Shown here: positions 11,237-19,758 of the stretch, piece after piece | Numbering within the stretch: the first letter of the stretch is position 1 | Layout: each line of letters opens with the position of its first letter | Assembly (NCBI GenBank): GCA_964619405.1 | Contig: CAZUCF010000001.1 | Location: 33,633-97,632, forward strand | DNA: 64,000 nucleotides | Direction: 5' to 3' | DNA from: an uncultured archaeon | GTDB lineage: Archaea; Iainarchaeota; Iainarchaeia; Iainarchaeales; JAAZKV01 | Position numbers and translations under genes: made by a program | The notes under the pieces: model-generated | Told to the model about the DNA's origin: nothing | Seen by the model: the letters and a program-made list of their open reading frames with translations, nothing else | Database searches by the model: none

Positions 11237-12199
11237 ATGGATGACAATAATTTACCATGGGTTGAAAAATACCGTCCAAAAAAAATAAAAGATATTGTGG
11301 GACATGATGATTTAACTAAAAGATTCGCTAGCTATATTATAAAAAAAAGTATTCCTAACCTACTATTTTCTGGTCCAGCAGGAACAGGAAAAACTTCTTC
11401 AAGCATTGCTCTAGCAAAAGAATTATTCAATGATAGTTTTGAACAAAATTTTTTAGAATTAAATGCGAGTGACGACAGAGGAATTGATGTTGTTAGAAAC
11501 ACTATAAAAGATTTTGCTAGAACACTTGCTTTTGACTCGGGATTCAAAATAATTTTTTTAGATGAGTGTGATGCTCTGACAAGTGATGCCCAACAAGCAT
11601 TAAGAAGAACAATGGAAAAATATACTAAAACGTGTAGATTTATTTTGTCATGTAATTATTCTTCAAAAATAATTGAACCATTACAAAGCAGGTGTGTTGT
11701 TTACAGATTTAAACCATTAAATGGAGAAGAAATCAAAAAACAAATAAAAAATATTTCTAATATTGAAAAACTAAAGATAAGTGATGAAGCTTTAGAAGCA
11801 ATAAATTATGTTGCCCAAGGCGATTTGAGAAAAGCTATTAATGTTCTACAAGCAAGCTCAAGCATAAAAGATAGTATTGATGAAGAAACAGTTTATAGTG
11901 TTTCATCGAGAGCAAGACCAGAACAAATACAAGAAATGATTTTGTTTGCATTAGACGGAAAATTTTTGGATGCGAGAAAAAAATTGGATCAATTAATGTA
12001 CGAGCATGGCATGAGTGGTGAAGACATAATAAAACAATTATACAGGGAAACAATGAGTCTTAGTGAAGACAAAATTTCAAATAAAACAAAAATTGAATTA
12101 GTTAATATTATTGGAGAATATGATTTTAGAATGGTTGAAGGGGCAAATGAAAGAATACAATTAGAAGCTTTAATTGCACAGTACTTAAAATTTAAGTGA
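11237..12199 (+). CDS. rfcS: replication factor C small subunit
   Basis: Carries the RFC box II WVEKYRP, the Walker A GPAGTGKTSS, the DEAD-like motif LDECDALT and the sensor SRC motif. It is about 320 aa and intein-free. Confidence 0.9.
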   Translation: MDDNNLPWVEKYRPKKIKDIVGHDDLTKRFASYIIKKSIPNLLFSGPAGTGKTSSSIALAKELFNDSFEQNFLELNASDDRGIDVVRNTIKDFARTLAFDSGFKIIFLDECDALTSDAQQALRRTMEKYTKTCRFILSCNYSSKIIEPLQSRCVVYRFKPLNGEEIKKQIKNISNIEKLKISDEALEAINYVAQGDLRKAINVLQASSSIKDSIDEETVYSVSSRARPEQIQEMILFALDGKFLDARKKLDQLMYEHGMSGEDIIKQLYRETMSLSEDKISNKTKIELVNIIGEYDFRMVEGANERIQLEALIAQYLKFK

Positions 12200-12203
12200 T
12201 TTA

Positions 12204-12572
12204 ATGAGAATTCAAAATCTTTTTTTGACTCAAACAAAAGCAAAAACAATTGCTCAAAGAACGAGTTCAAAACAAATTGAAAGAACAATTAAATTAGAAA
12301 ACAAAGCAAGAAATTTGAATGCAAGATTCAAAAGAAAATCATATTACCGAATAAGAAGAATAGCACAGGGTCTTGAAAATGCTGAACAAAAAAATTCTTT
12401 TATAAAAACTTCAAGGGAAAGTGCCAAACTTATAATGATTGAATGTGAAATTCCAAGAAAACATTGGAGAATTATTCTTGATAAAGTTGAACTTTGGGCA
12501 AAATATAATTTTGCAGGAAATAAAACAAAATTAAAAGAAATTGAGAGAACAATATCTAATAGTATAGGTTAG
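12204..12572 (+). CDS. hypothetical basic protein
   Basis: 122-aa ORF that starts 5 nt after the rfcS stop. No recognisable motif. Confidence 0.35.
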   Translation: MRIQNLFLTQTKAKTIAQRTSSKQIERTIKLENKARNLNARFKRKSYYRIRRIAQGLENAEQKNSFIKTSRESAKLIMIECEIPRKHWRIILDKVELWAKYNFAGNKTKLKEIERTISNSIG

Positions 12573-12926
12573 TTTCTGGCCAAGAAAGAATGGGAAGAAC
12601 TTTCGTAAGTTATTTATCATGGGCTACTGAATCTAATTGGAACAATGTTAGAAAAAATATGAATTAAAACCATTGACTCAATCTTGTTTGATTTTTGAAA
12701 TGATTTATTAGAAAAGATTTTTCATAGATGCAACATAAATAGTTGATGAAATTCAACTTCCAAAAAAGGAAGAAAATATTTCAGTAATAAAAGAGCCAAA
12801 ATAGCGCCCAAAGTTCTTGGACGAAAAGAATTTGTGGATTCTTAAAAATTTTATTAGTAGTCTACAATGGGACCACCGGCATGATACTTCCAAAGTGATT
12901 ATAAAGCTTCGAAAAACAGTTTTATT

Positions 12927-14096
12927 ATGAGTAAATATACTGAAATTCATTTAATTAATTTTCCAAAAAACACTACTATTATGCTTGAAAATAAATTCCG
13001 ACAACAATTTATCAAAAACTTTATTGATTCTTGCAACACATGGAAAAAAGCTGTCGAATATTTGAATAACAAGAGTGGCTTTTATAATGTAAAAACGAAA
13101 ATTGGTGTTGGTTCATTATCACACTGGTTTTATGGAATTGAAAAAACAAGTAAAAAAACCAGAAGAATGTCTTTATGGGCAATCATTGAAATAGCTAAAA
13201 AAAACAACATAAACTTGAAAAAAATAGAACAAAATGTATTAGATATTTGTTCAATCGGAAGAGGAACTTCTGTGAAAGCAAAATTTCCACTTTATTTAAC
13301 CCCTGAGCTTGTATCAATTGCCTTTCATCTTTTCGGAGACGGCTATCTTGCGAAAAAAGGACAACAATCACATTACCGACAAGTAAATCAAGAAGGACTA
13401 AATAATTTCAAACAAAAATTGCTTAACTGTTTTGGCAAATTTAATATTGTTATTTCTGAAAAATCAAAAATTGCTATCCCAAAAGTTCTTAGCGAATTTC
13501 TAAAAGAATATTTAAATCTTGGAAGTTGTTATTGGAACAAGTCAAGAATAAATAAAACCATTAAGAAATTGCCCAAAGAATTCCTGCTTGCTGGTCTAAA
13601 TGCATTCATTGTTGATGAAGGACACATAGGTGAAAGTATTGAAATTTACTCAGGAAACAAATTACTTTTGCAAGATATTAAAGAAATTGCTGAAAAGTTA
13701 GGGTATAATACTTCAAAAATTGATATAAAAATTTACAAAAAAAGCAAGACTTATAGAACAAGAATTTCTACGAAAAATGCTCAACTTTTACTTCAAGATA
13801 TTCAATTGTTATCAAAGAAATTTCCTACTTGTGGACTTGCTCACAAAGAACACTTACTCGAGGAGATTGTAAGACGACAAACTCGAGATTGGAAAACACG
13901 ACCCACTGGAGAAACCAAAGAAAGGATAATAACTTTACTTACCAAGGGCAATATAAATTCTAAGGAACTGCGACTCAAACTAAATATCAGCGGAAGCACA
14001 CTTAGAGAACATCTTATCACATTGGAAGCTCAAAACAAAGTTAAGCGAATTCGACAACCAAATAGTTGTTGTCTTCTTTGGTCAAAAATCAAATAA
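12927..14096 (+). CDS. free-standing LAGLIDADG homing-endonuclease-like protein with C-terminal winged-helix domain
   Basis: Two LAGLIDADG-like motifs (IAFHLFGDGYLA and LAGLNAFIVDEGHIG) sit about 100 aa apart. The C-terminus has an HTH (ELRLKLNISGSTLREHLITLEAQNKVKRI). The upstream 350 bp are compositionally atypical. Confidence 0.55.
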   Translation: MSKYTEIHLINFPKNTTIMLENKFRQQFIKNFIDSCNTWKKAVEYLNNKSGFYNVKTKIGVGSLSHWFYGIEKTSKKTRRMSLWAIIEIAKKNNINLKKIEQNVLDICSIGRGTSVKAKFPLYLTPELVSIAFHLFGDGYLAKKGQQSHYRQVNQEGLNNFKQKLLNCFGKFNIVISEKSKIAIPKVLSEFLKEYLNLGSCYWNKSRINKTIKKLPKEFLLAGLNAFIVDEGHIGESIEIYSGNKLLLQDIKEIAEKLGYNTSKIDIKIYKKSKTYRTRISTKNAQLLLQDIQLLSKKFPTCGLAHKEHLLEEIVRRQTRDWKTRPTGETKERIITLLTKGNINSKELRLKLNISGSTLREHLITLEAQNKVKRIRQPNSCCLLWSKIK

Positions 14097-15323
14097 AGTT
14101 TTTTGTTTGTTATAATAATCCAAAACAACACTTTTTTTCTTCCACTTGTTAATTGGAATTCTGAATTGCTTTCCAATATACTTTAAAGCTAAATCAATTG
14201 TAGAAAATATTTTTGGTTGTTTTTGTAGGGCTGCTTTTGTCGTTTCGCCACACACCCATGAACCAAGTGGCAATTTATACCCTTCTCCAATTTCTCTAAA
14301 AACAATCACCATTGCTTGTTGCTTTTTTGAAAGTAAATATTCTAAAACAGATAATCGCACAGTATAATATGCACCAGTAACTTCATTAGCATAATTTTTT
14401 CGTCCATCAAAGAATTCATAATCATGAAATATTTTAACTTCTTCAAATTTTGAACCAATATTCCAAATACTTCCAGGAACCCATGTCTCCAATTGTTCAA
14501 ATGCCCATGCCTTTGGCAATAAAAGAACAATAAAGTGATTATCAAGATAATTTTCTTCAAAAACCTGTATTGAATCAATCAATGAAAATTCTTTTATTTT
14601 TTCTAAAATATTTTTACCAATATTATCAGTCGTTGCTACTAATGCCCATCTCGTAGGAACAATCTTCCTATCTTTTTTAACACCCAGCGCTCCAGACGAA
14701 AGAATTTTTGCAAGAAAAGAAACAGAAAAACCGTCTTTGAATAAATCAATCAAAGCAGTATTTGATTTTGCATCAACATCAGAAAAAAAGTAATCAACTT
14801 TTTTAGGAATTTTTGTATTCTCATTAAAAGACAATTTATCTAATTCAGCAGATGGCCCCATTGGTGCTGCAAAAGAATCAAATTTTGTTTCATTCTTAGG
14901 AGTTTTTTTTAATGAAACATTTAAATCAATTAATGATTCTGACATAGCAAGTTCTTGAAAATCTAATAATTCATAATTAGGGTTTGAGGCAAGAGACACA
15001 GGCATTGTTTTGTATGAACGAAGTAATGATTCTCTAAAAGAAATTATTTTTTCTTGTGACAAACCAAACCATTCTTCAGGTTTATCAGAAATTGAAGAAA
15101 CCTCTTCAGGCAAAGCGGATAAGGGCGCAACAGCTACTTTGGGATAATTTTGCCATGAAACAAAAAACCCTGGTGGCGTAGCACCAACAAAAGAATTATC
15201 TTTTATTTTAGAAATTATTCGGCTTGAAGAAAAATTTTTTTCTAAAATAGGACATTTTTTTAAACCACAAAGCAACTTACCCTTACACTTAACACATAAC
15301 TCGGGAGAAATCATTTTTACCAA
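14082..15323 (-). CDS. nreA: NreA-like archaeal DNA repair protein (Nre_N/Nre_C, DUF650/651)
   Basis: An N-terminal C4 cluster (CVKCKGKLLCGLKKCP) is typical of the archaeal Nre family. The length of about 410 aa also fits. Confidence 0.5.
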   Translation of the reverse strand: MVKMISPELCVKCKGKLLCGLKKCPILEKNFSSSRIISKIKDNSFVGATPPGFFVSWQNYPKVAVAPLSALPEEVSSISDKPEEWFGLSQEKIISFRESLLRSYKTMPVSLASNPNYELLDFQELAMSESLIDLNVSLKKTPKNETKFDSFAAPMGPSAELDKLSFNENTKIPKKVDYFFSDVDAKSNTALIDLFKDGFSVSFLAKILSSGALGVKKDRKIVPTRWALVATTDNIGKNILEKIKEFSLIDSIQVFEENYLDNHFIVLLLPKAWAFEQLETWVPGSIWNIGSKFEEVKIFHDYEFFDGRKNYANEVTGAYYTVRLSVLEYLLSKKQQAMVIVFREIGEGYKLPLGSWVCGETTKAALQKQPKIFSTIDLALKYIGKQFRIPINKWKKKSVVLDYYNKQKTLFDF

Positions 15324-15364
15324 CTAATGAACAGCTCAATAACGAACTGATTAATAATAAAATA

Positions 15365-16813
15365 TTAGTAAGATGTAGCAATGTAAATTACTTCACTAGC
15401 TTTTTTCCCGCAAACAACACAATTACCACTTGGTTTTTCTTTTACATCAATTCTTGTTCCCCTTATTTCTCCACCAGTTTCTTTTTCAATTATTTCAGCA
15501 CATTTTTCTCCGTCAAAATCACAAGAACAAAAATTTACTCTGGCAATCCCCTTTCCAACAACCTTTTTTATTTCACTAATATTTTTGCAATCACTAACTA
15601 TTTTTTCAAAAGAATTATTAGCCTCTTTCTTCAAATTATTACTTAAATCTAAACCAATTTTTTTAACAGAATTAATTATATCAGAAATTTTCACAAACTC
15701 TTTTTTTGAATTATCTCTTCGGCAAATAGCAACATTTTTTTTAGCAATATCTTTTGGCCCAATTTCTATTCTCAGTGGAACACCTTTCATCTCCCAAAAA
15801 TAAAATTTTTCACCAGGCCTTTTTTCTGAGGAATCTATTTCAACAGAAATATTTTCTTGTTCAAGCAAAGATTTTATTTTTTCGGCTTCTTTCAAAACAA
15901 GGGGTTCTTTTTCAAAAAGAATTGGAATAATTATTACTTGTAATGGTGCAATCTCAAAAGGGAATCTTAAACCCTTGTTGTCACCGTGAGTAAGAATAAC
16001 AGACGCAAATATTCTTGAAACGCAAGGCCCGTAACAAGTAAGAAAAGCAAATTCTTTTTCTCCTTGTTCATTAGTAAAAGTAACATTAAATGGTTTTGAA
16101 AAATTTTGTCCTAGCATGTGAGTACTTGGTTGTTGAATTACTTTGCCAGAAGGAGTTATTGCATCAGCACCAAAAGTATCAACTGCACCAGGAAACTTGT
16201 CCCATTGTGGCCTCTTAAAAACCATTGTTGGGACACCAAAAATGTCAAACACAACATCCTTTGTTGTTTGCATGTCACCTAAAACGTTTTCGTAAGCATC
16301 TTCACTTGTTCTGAAAGCGCAATGCGTTTCTATCCAATGAAATTCTCTACTCCTAAGAAAAGGCCTAGTCATTTTTGTGTCATAACGAAAAATATTTGCT
16401 CTTTGATATGTTTTGAAAGGAAGGTCTTTGTAAGAACGAATCCACATTGAAAACATTGAGTAAAAAGCTGTTTCGCTTGTTGGACGCAAAGCAAGTTTTT
16501 CTTCAAAAACAGTGTTGCCTGCTCTTTCAACCCAAAACACTTCAGGATTAAAACCCTCAACATGATCACTTTCAAGATTAAAATTTTTTTCAGGAATTAA
16601 TGTTGGAAACCAGTACTTCTTGTGCCCCCTTTTTTTCAAATTTTTTTCAAGATAAAAAAACATTTTCTCCATTGATTCAACGCTCCAAGGTTGAAAAACA
16701 AGGCACCCTTTAACACCATACCTTAGATCAGCAAGTTCAGCAGACTTTATTATCTCAGTAAACCACTCACTTGAATTTTTGTTCTTGTCAATATTGAAAG
16801 TCTCATTAACCAT
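15365..16813 (-). CDS. proS: prolyl-tRNA synthetase, archaeal/eukaryotic type
   Basis: Class II motifs (LRPTSETAFYSMF, FRYDTKMTRPFLRSREFHWIE) are present. There is a C-terminal zinc-binding domain ending CVVCGKKA..YIATSY. Confidence 0.9.
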   Translation of the reverse strand: MVNETFNIDKNKNSSEWFTEIIKSAELADLRYGVKGCLVFQPWSVESMEKMFFYLEKNLKKRGHKKYWFPTLIPEKNFNLESDHVEGFNPEVFWVERAGNTVFEEKLALRPTSETAFYSMFSMWIRSYKDLPFKTYQRANIFRYDTKMTRPFLRSREFHWIETHCAFRTSEDAYENVLGDMQTTKDVVFDIFGVPTMVFKRPQWDKFPGAVDTFGADAITPSGKVIQQPSTHMLGQNFSKPFNVTFTNEQGEKEFAFLTCYGPCVSRIFASVILTHGDNKGLRFPFEIAPLQVIIIPILFEKEPLVLKEAEKIKSLLEQENISVEIDSSEKRPGEKFYFWEMKGVPLRIEIGPKDIAKKNVAICRRDNSKKEFVKISDIINSVKKIGLDLSNNLKKEANNSFEKIVSDCKNISEIKKVVGKGIARVNFCSCDFDGEKCAEIIEKETGGEIRGTRIDVKEKPSGNCVVCGKKASEVIYIATSY

Positions 16814-16857
16814 AATTAAAATAAAGGTATTAAACTTTTTAATAGTATTTAAATGAA

Positions 16858-17349
16858 TTGAGGAGTACCTTTTTATTTGTTTTAGTAAACAAGTTAGCTA
16901 TGCCTTTGAAAAGTTTTGTTGATGAAGCAAGAAAAACTAACGCGTTAATGGAAAAAATGAGAAACCAAGAAAATCATTCAAGCGAAAACATTATTGATAT
17001 TAGTGATGGCCAAAACATTCCACAAAAACAATTAGAAAAAATACAAGAACAAAACAAAAGCACTTTTTCTAAACCAATAACACAAAACAAAAATTATAAT
17101 AATTTTGAAAAAAATTATATTAAGAAAAATGAGAATTATAGTTTTCCAAAAACAAATAATGGTTGCACACAAAAAATAGATGAAAGACACAATAATATAA
17201 TAGCAAATATTATACAAAAAAGTAATACCTCAACAGGAAACACTACTTGGGAGAATTGTAAACACAAAAAAGAGTGTAATGGAACAATATATTGCAAAGA
17301 ATTTATGTCATTGTGTGGAAAAGAAAAATGTAATAGGGCAACAAGATAA
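16858..17349 (+). CDS. hypothetical protein with Cys-rich C-terminus
   Basis: The N/K/Q-rich body ends with ENCKHKKECNGTIYCKEFMSLCGKEKC. Confidence 0.4.
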   Translation: MRSTFLFVLVNKLAMPLKSFVDEARKTNALMEKMRNQENHSSENIIDISDGQNIPQKQLEKIQEQNKSTFSKPITQNKNYNNFEKNYIKKNENYSFPKTNNGCTQKIDERHNNIIANIIQKSNTSTGNTTWENCKHKKECNGTIYCKEFMSLCGKEKCNRATR

Positions 17350-17872
17350 AAAAAATAATTCTAATAAAATAAAAAAATAATTCTTTGAAAATTCAAAATT
17401 AAAAAAACTAATTAACACAAATATTATAATAAAATTAAAAAAAAATAAAATTAAAAGTAAAAAGCGTAATAATAAAAATAATTTAATAATTGCAAAAATT
17501 AAAACTGATTAAAAACAAAATAAAAAAACTTAATTATAAAAATCACTTAAAAAAATAAAAAAATTCAAACTAATTAAAATAATTCACAAAAATTAAAATA
17601 AATTAAAAAAATTTAACTAAAAAGATAAAACTACAAATAACTATTCAAATTTAATTTTATGATTATTAAAATTACAAAAAATAGAAAATAATACTATTCA
17701 AAATAATACATCAAAAAACAAGTATTTTTTAAATATATTAAAAACAATAGTTATTTATGAAACACAAAAACAGTGATTTAGCCACTAAGTAGCAAACTAA
17801 TACAACTAATTTTTCATTTTAGTTTTAACAACATTGATTTTAAAGCCTTTTCAAATAATAAAATTCTTGTAA

Positions 17873-19630
17873 TTGGTGGTAATTATGAGTAAAGAAAACC
17901 TTGAAGCATTATGGCATAGCACAGCACACGTTTTTGCAGAAGCAATAACCAATTTGTACCCCAAAACAAAAATAGCTATTGGCCCACCAATAGAACAAGG
18001 ATTCCACTATGATTTTGAATTAGAAAAAGGAGTAAAAGAAGAGGATTTAAAAAAAATTGAAGAAGAAATGCAAAAAATAATTGATAGACAAGATAACCTT
18101 GAACAAAAATTTGTTTCAATAATTGAAGCAAAAAAACTTTTCAAAAACAATTCTTACAAAATAGAAATGATTAATGATTTAGAAAAAGAAGGCGAGAAAA
18201 AAATTAGTGTGTTTAGCAATGGAAAATTTATGGATATGTGCAAGGGCCCGCACATAAAAAATATTGGTGAAATAAAAGCATTCAAACTAATGAAAATTTC
18301 TAGTGCTTATTGGAAGGGCGATGAAAAAAACAAACAACTAATAAGAGTATACGGAATTTCTTTTAAAACAAAAGAAGAATTAGACGAATTTTTAAAAGAC
18401 AAAGAAAAGTCTGAGAACAATGACCACAACAAAATTGGTAGAGAATTAAATCTTTTCATGACACACGAGTTAGTAGGACAAGGATTACCATTATTGATGC
18501 CAAGAGGAGCAAAAATATTTCAAATACTAACAAGATTCATTGAAGACGAAGAAGAAAAAAGAGGATATGTTTATACTAGAACACCATACATGGCTAAATC
18601 AGATTTGTATAAAGTATCTGGGCACTGGGAACATTACAAAGACGGAATGTTCATAATGGGAAACGAAAATGATAAAGAAGTTCTTGCATTACGACCAATG
18701 ACTTGCCCATACCAATTCTTGATTTACAAGAATGGTTTAAAGTCATACAAGGATTTACCAATCAAGTTCGCTGAAACATCAGTATTATTTAGGAATGAGA
18801 GTTCAGGAGAAATGCATGGTTTGACAAGAGTAAGACAATTCACTTTATCAGAAGGACATGTTATTGTTACACCCGAACAATTAGAAAACGAGTTCAAAGA
18901 AGTCATACACTTAATAGATTACGTAATGGAAACACTTGGGATAAAAGAAGACATTACTTATAGGTTTTCAAAATGGGATCCTGAAAACAAAAAAGGAAAA
19001 TATATTGATAACAAAGAAGCTTGGGAACACTCACAAAAAGAAATGAAAAAAATTTTGGATCACTTGAAAATAAATTATGAAGAAGCAGAAGGCGAAGCAG
19101 CATTCTATGGGCCAAAATTAGATTTACAAGCAAAAAATGTTTACGGAAAAGAAGATACTATTATAACAGTACAAATAGACTTTGCTTTACCAGAAAGATT
19201 TGACATGACTTACATTGACAAAGACGGCAAAAAAAAGAGGCCGTATATAATACACAGGTCATCAATAGGTTGTTACGAGAGAACAATGGCAATGATAATA
19301 GAAAAGTGTGGTGGGAGTTTCCCAACTTGGTTAGCACCAGAACAATTAATTATTATTCCAGTGTCAGACAAATTTTCGGAAGAAGCACAAAAAATTAACC
19401 AACAATTATTAGAAGAAGGAATTAGAAGCAAATTAGATAATAGGAATGAATCACTAGGGTATAGAATAAGGGACGCACAAAAAATTAAATGCCCTTACAT
19501 AGGAGTAATCGGGGCAAAAGAAATTGAAAGCCAAAGCATTTCAATAAGAAATAGGAAAGGCGAACAATTCGTTTTAAAAGTAAATGAATTCATAGAAAAA
19601 ATAAAGAAAGAAATTATTGAAAAAAAATAA
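17873..19630 (+). CDS. thrS: threonyl-tRNA synthetase (no N-terminal TGS domain)
   Basis: The second-additional-domain HxxxH (WHSTAHVFAEAI) is followed by a class II core (FRNESSGEMHGLTRVRQFTLSEGH) and an anticodon-binding domain. Confidence 0.9.
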   Translation: MVVIMSKENLEALWHSTAHVFAEAITNLYPKTKIAIGPPIEQGFHYDFELEKGVKEEDLKKIEEEMQKIIDRQDNLEQKFVSIIEAKKLFKNNSYKIEMINDLEKEGEKKISVFSNGKFMDMCKGPHIKNIGEIKAFKLMKISSAYWKGDEKNKQLIRVYGISFKTKEELDEFLKDKEKSENNDHNKIGRELNLFMTHELVGQGLPLLMPRGAKIFQILTRFIEDEEEKRGYVYTRTPYMAKSDLYKVSGHWEHYKDGMFIMGNENDKEVLALRPMTCPYQFLIYKNGLKSYKDLPIKFAETSVLFRNESSGEMHGLTRVRQFTLSEGHVIVTPEQLENEFKEVIHLIDYVMETLGIKEDITYRFSKWDPENKKGKYIDNKEAWEHSQKEMKKILDHLKINYEEAEGEAAFYGPKLDLQAKNVYGKEDTIITVQIDFALPERFDMTYIDKDGKKKRPYIIHRSSIGCYERTMAMIIEKCGGSFPTWLAPEQLIIIPVSDKFSEEAQKINQQLLEEGIRSKLDNRNESLGYRIRDAQKIKCPYIGVIGAKEIESQSISIRNRKGEQFVLKVNEFIEKIKKEIIEKK

Positions 19631-19758
19631 TAACAAGTTAAAAAAAATTATTGAAAAAAAATAATAATAAGTTAAACAAATTATTGAAAGAAACTAATAA
19701 TAATTCAAATAAAAAACATAACAAAACATTAAAATAAACAAAAAACATATTTTTTAAC

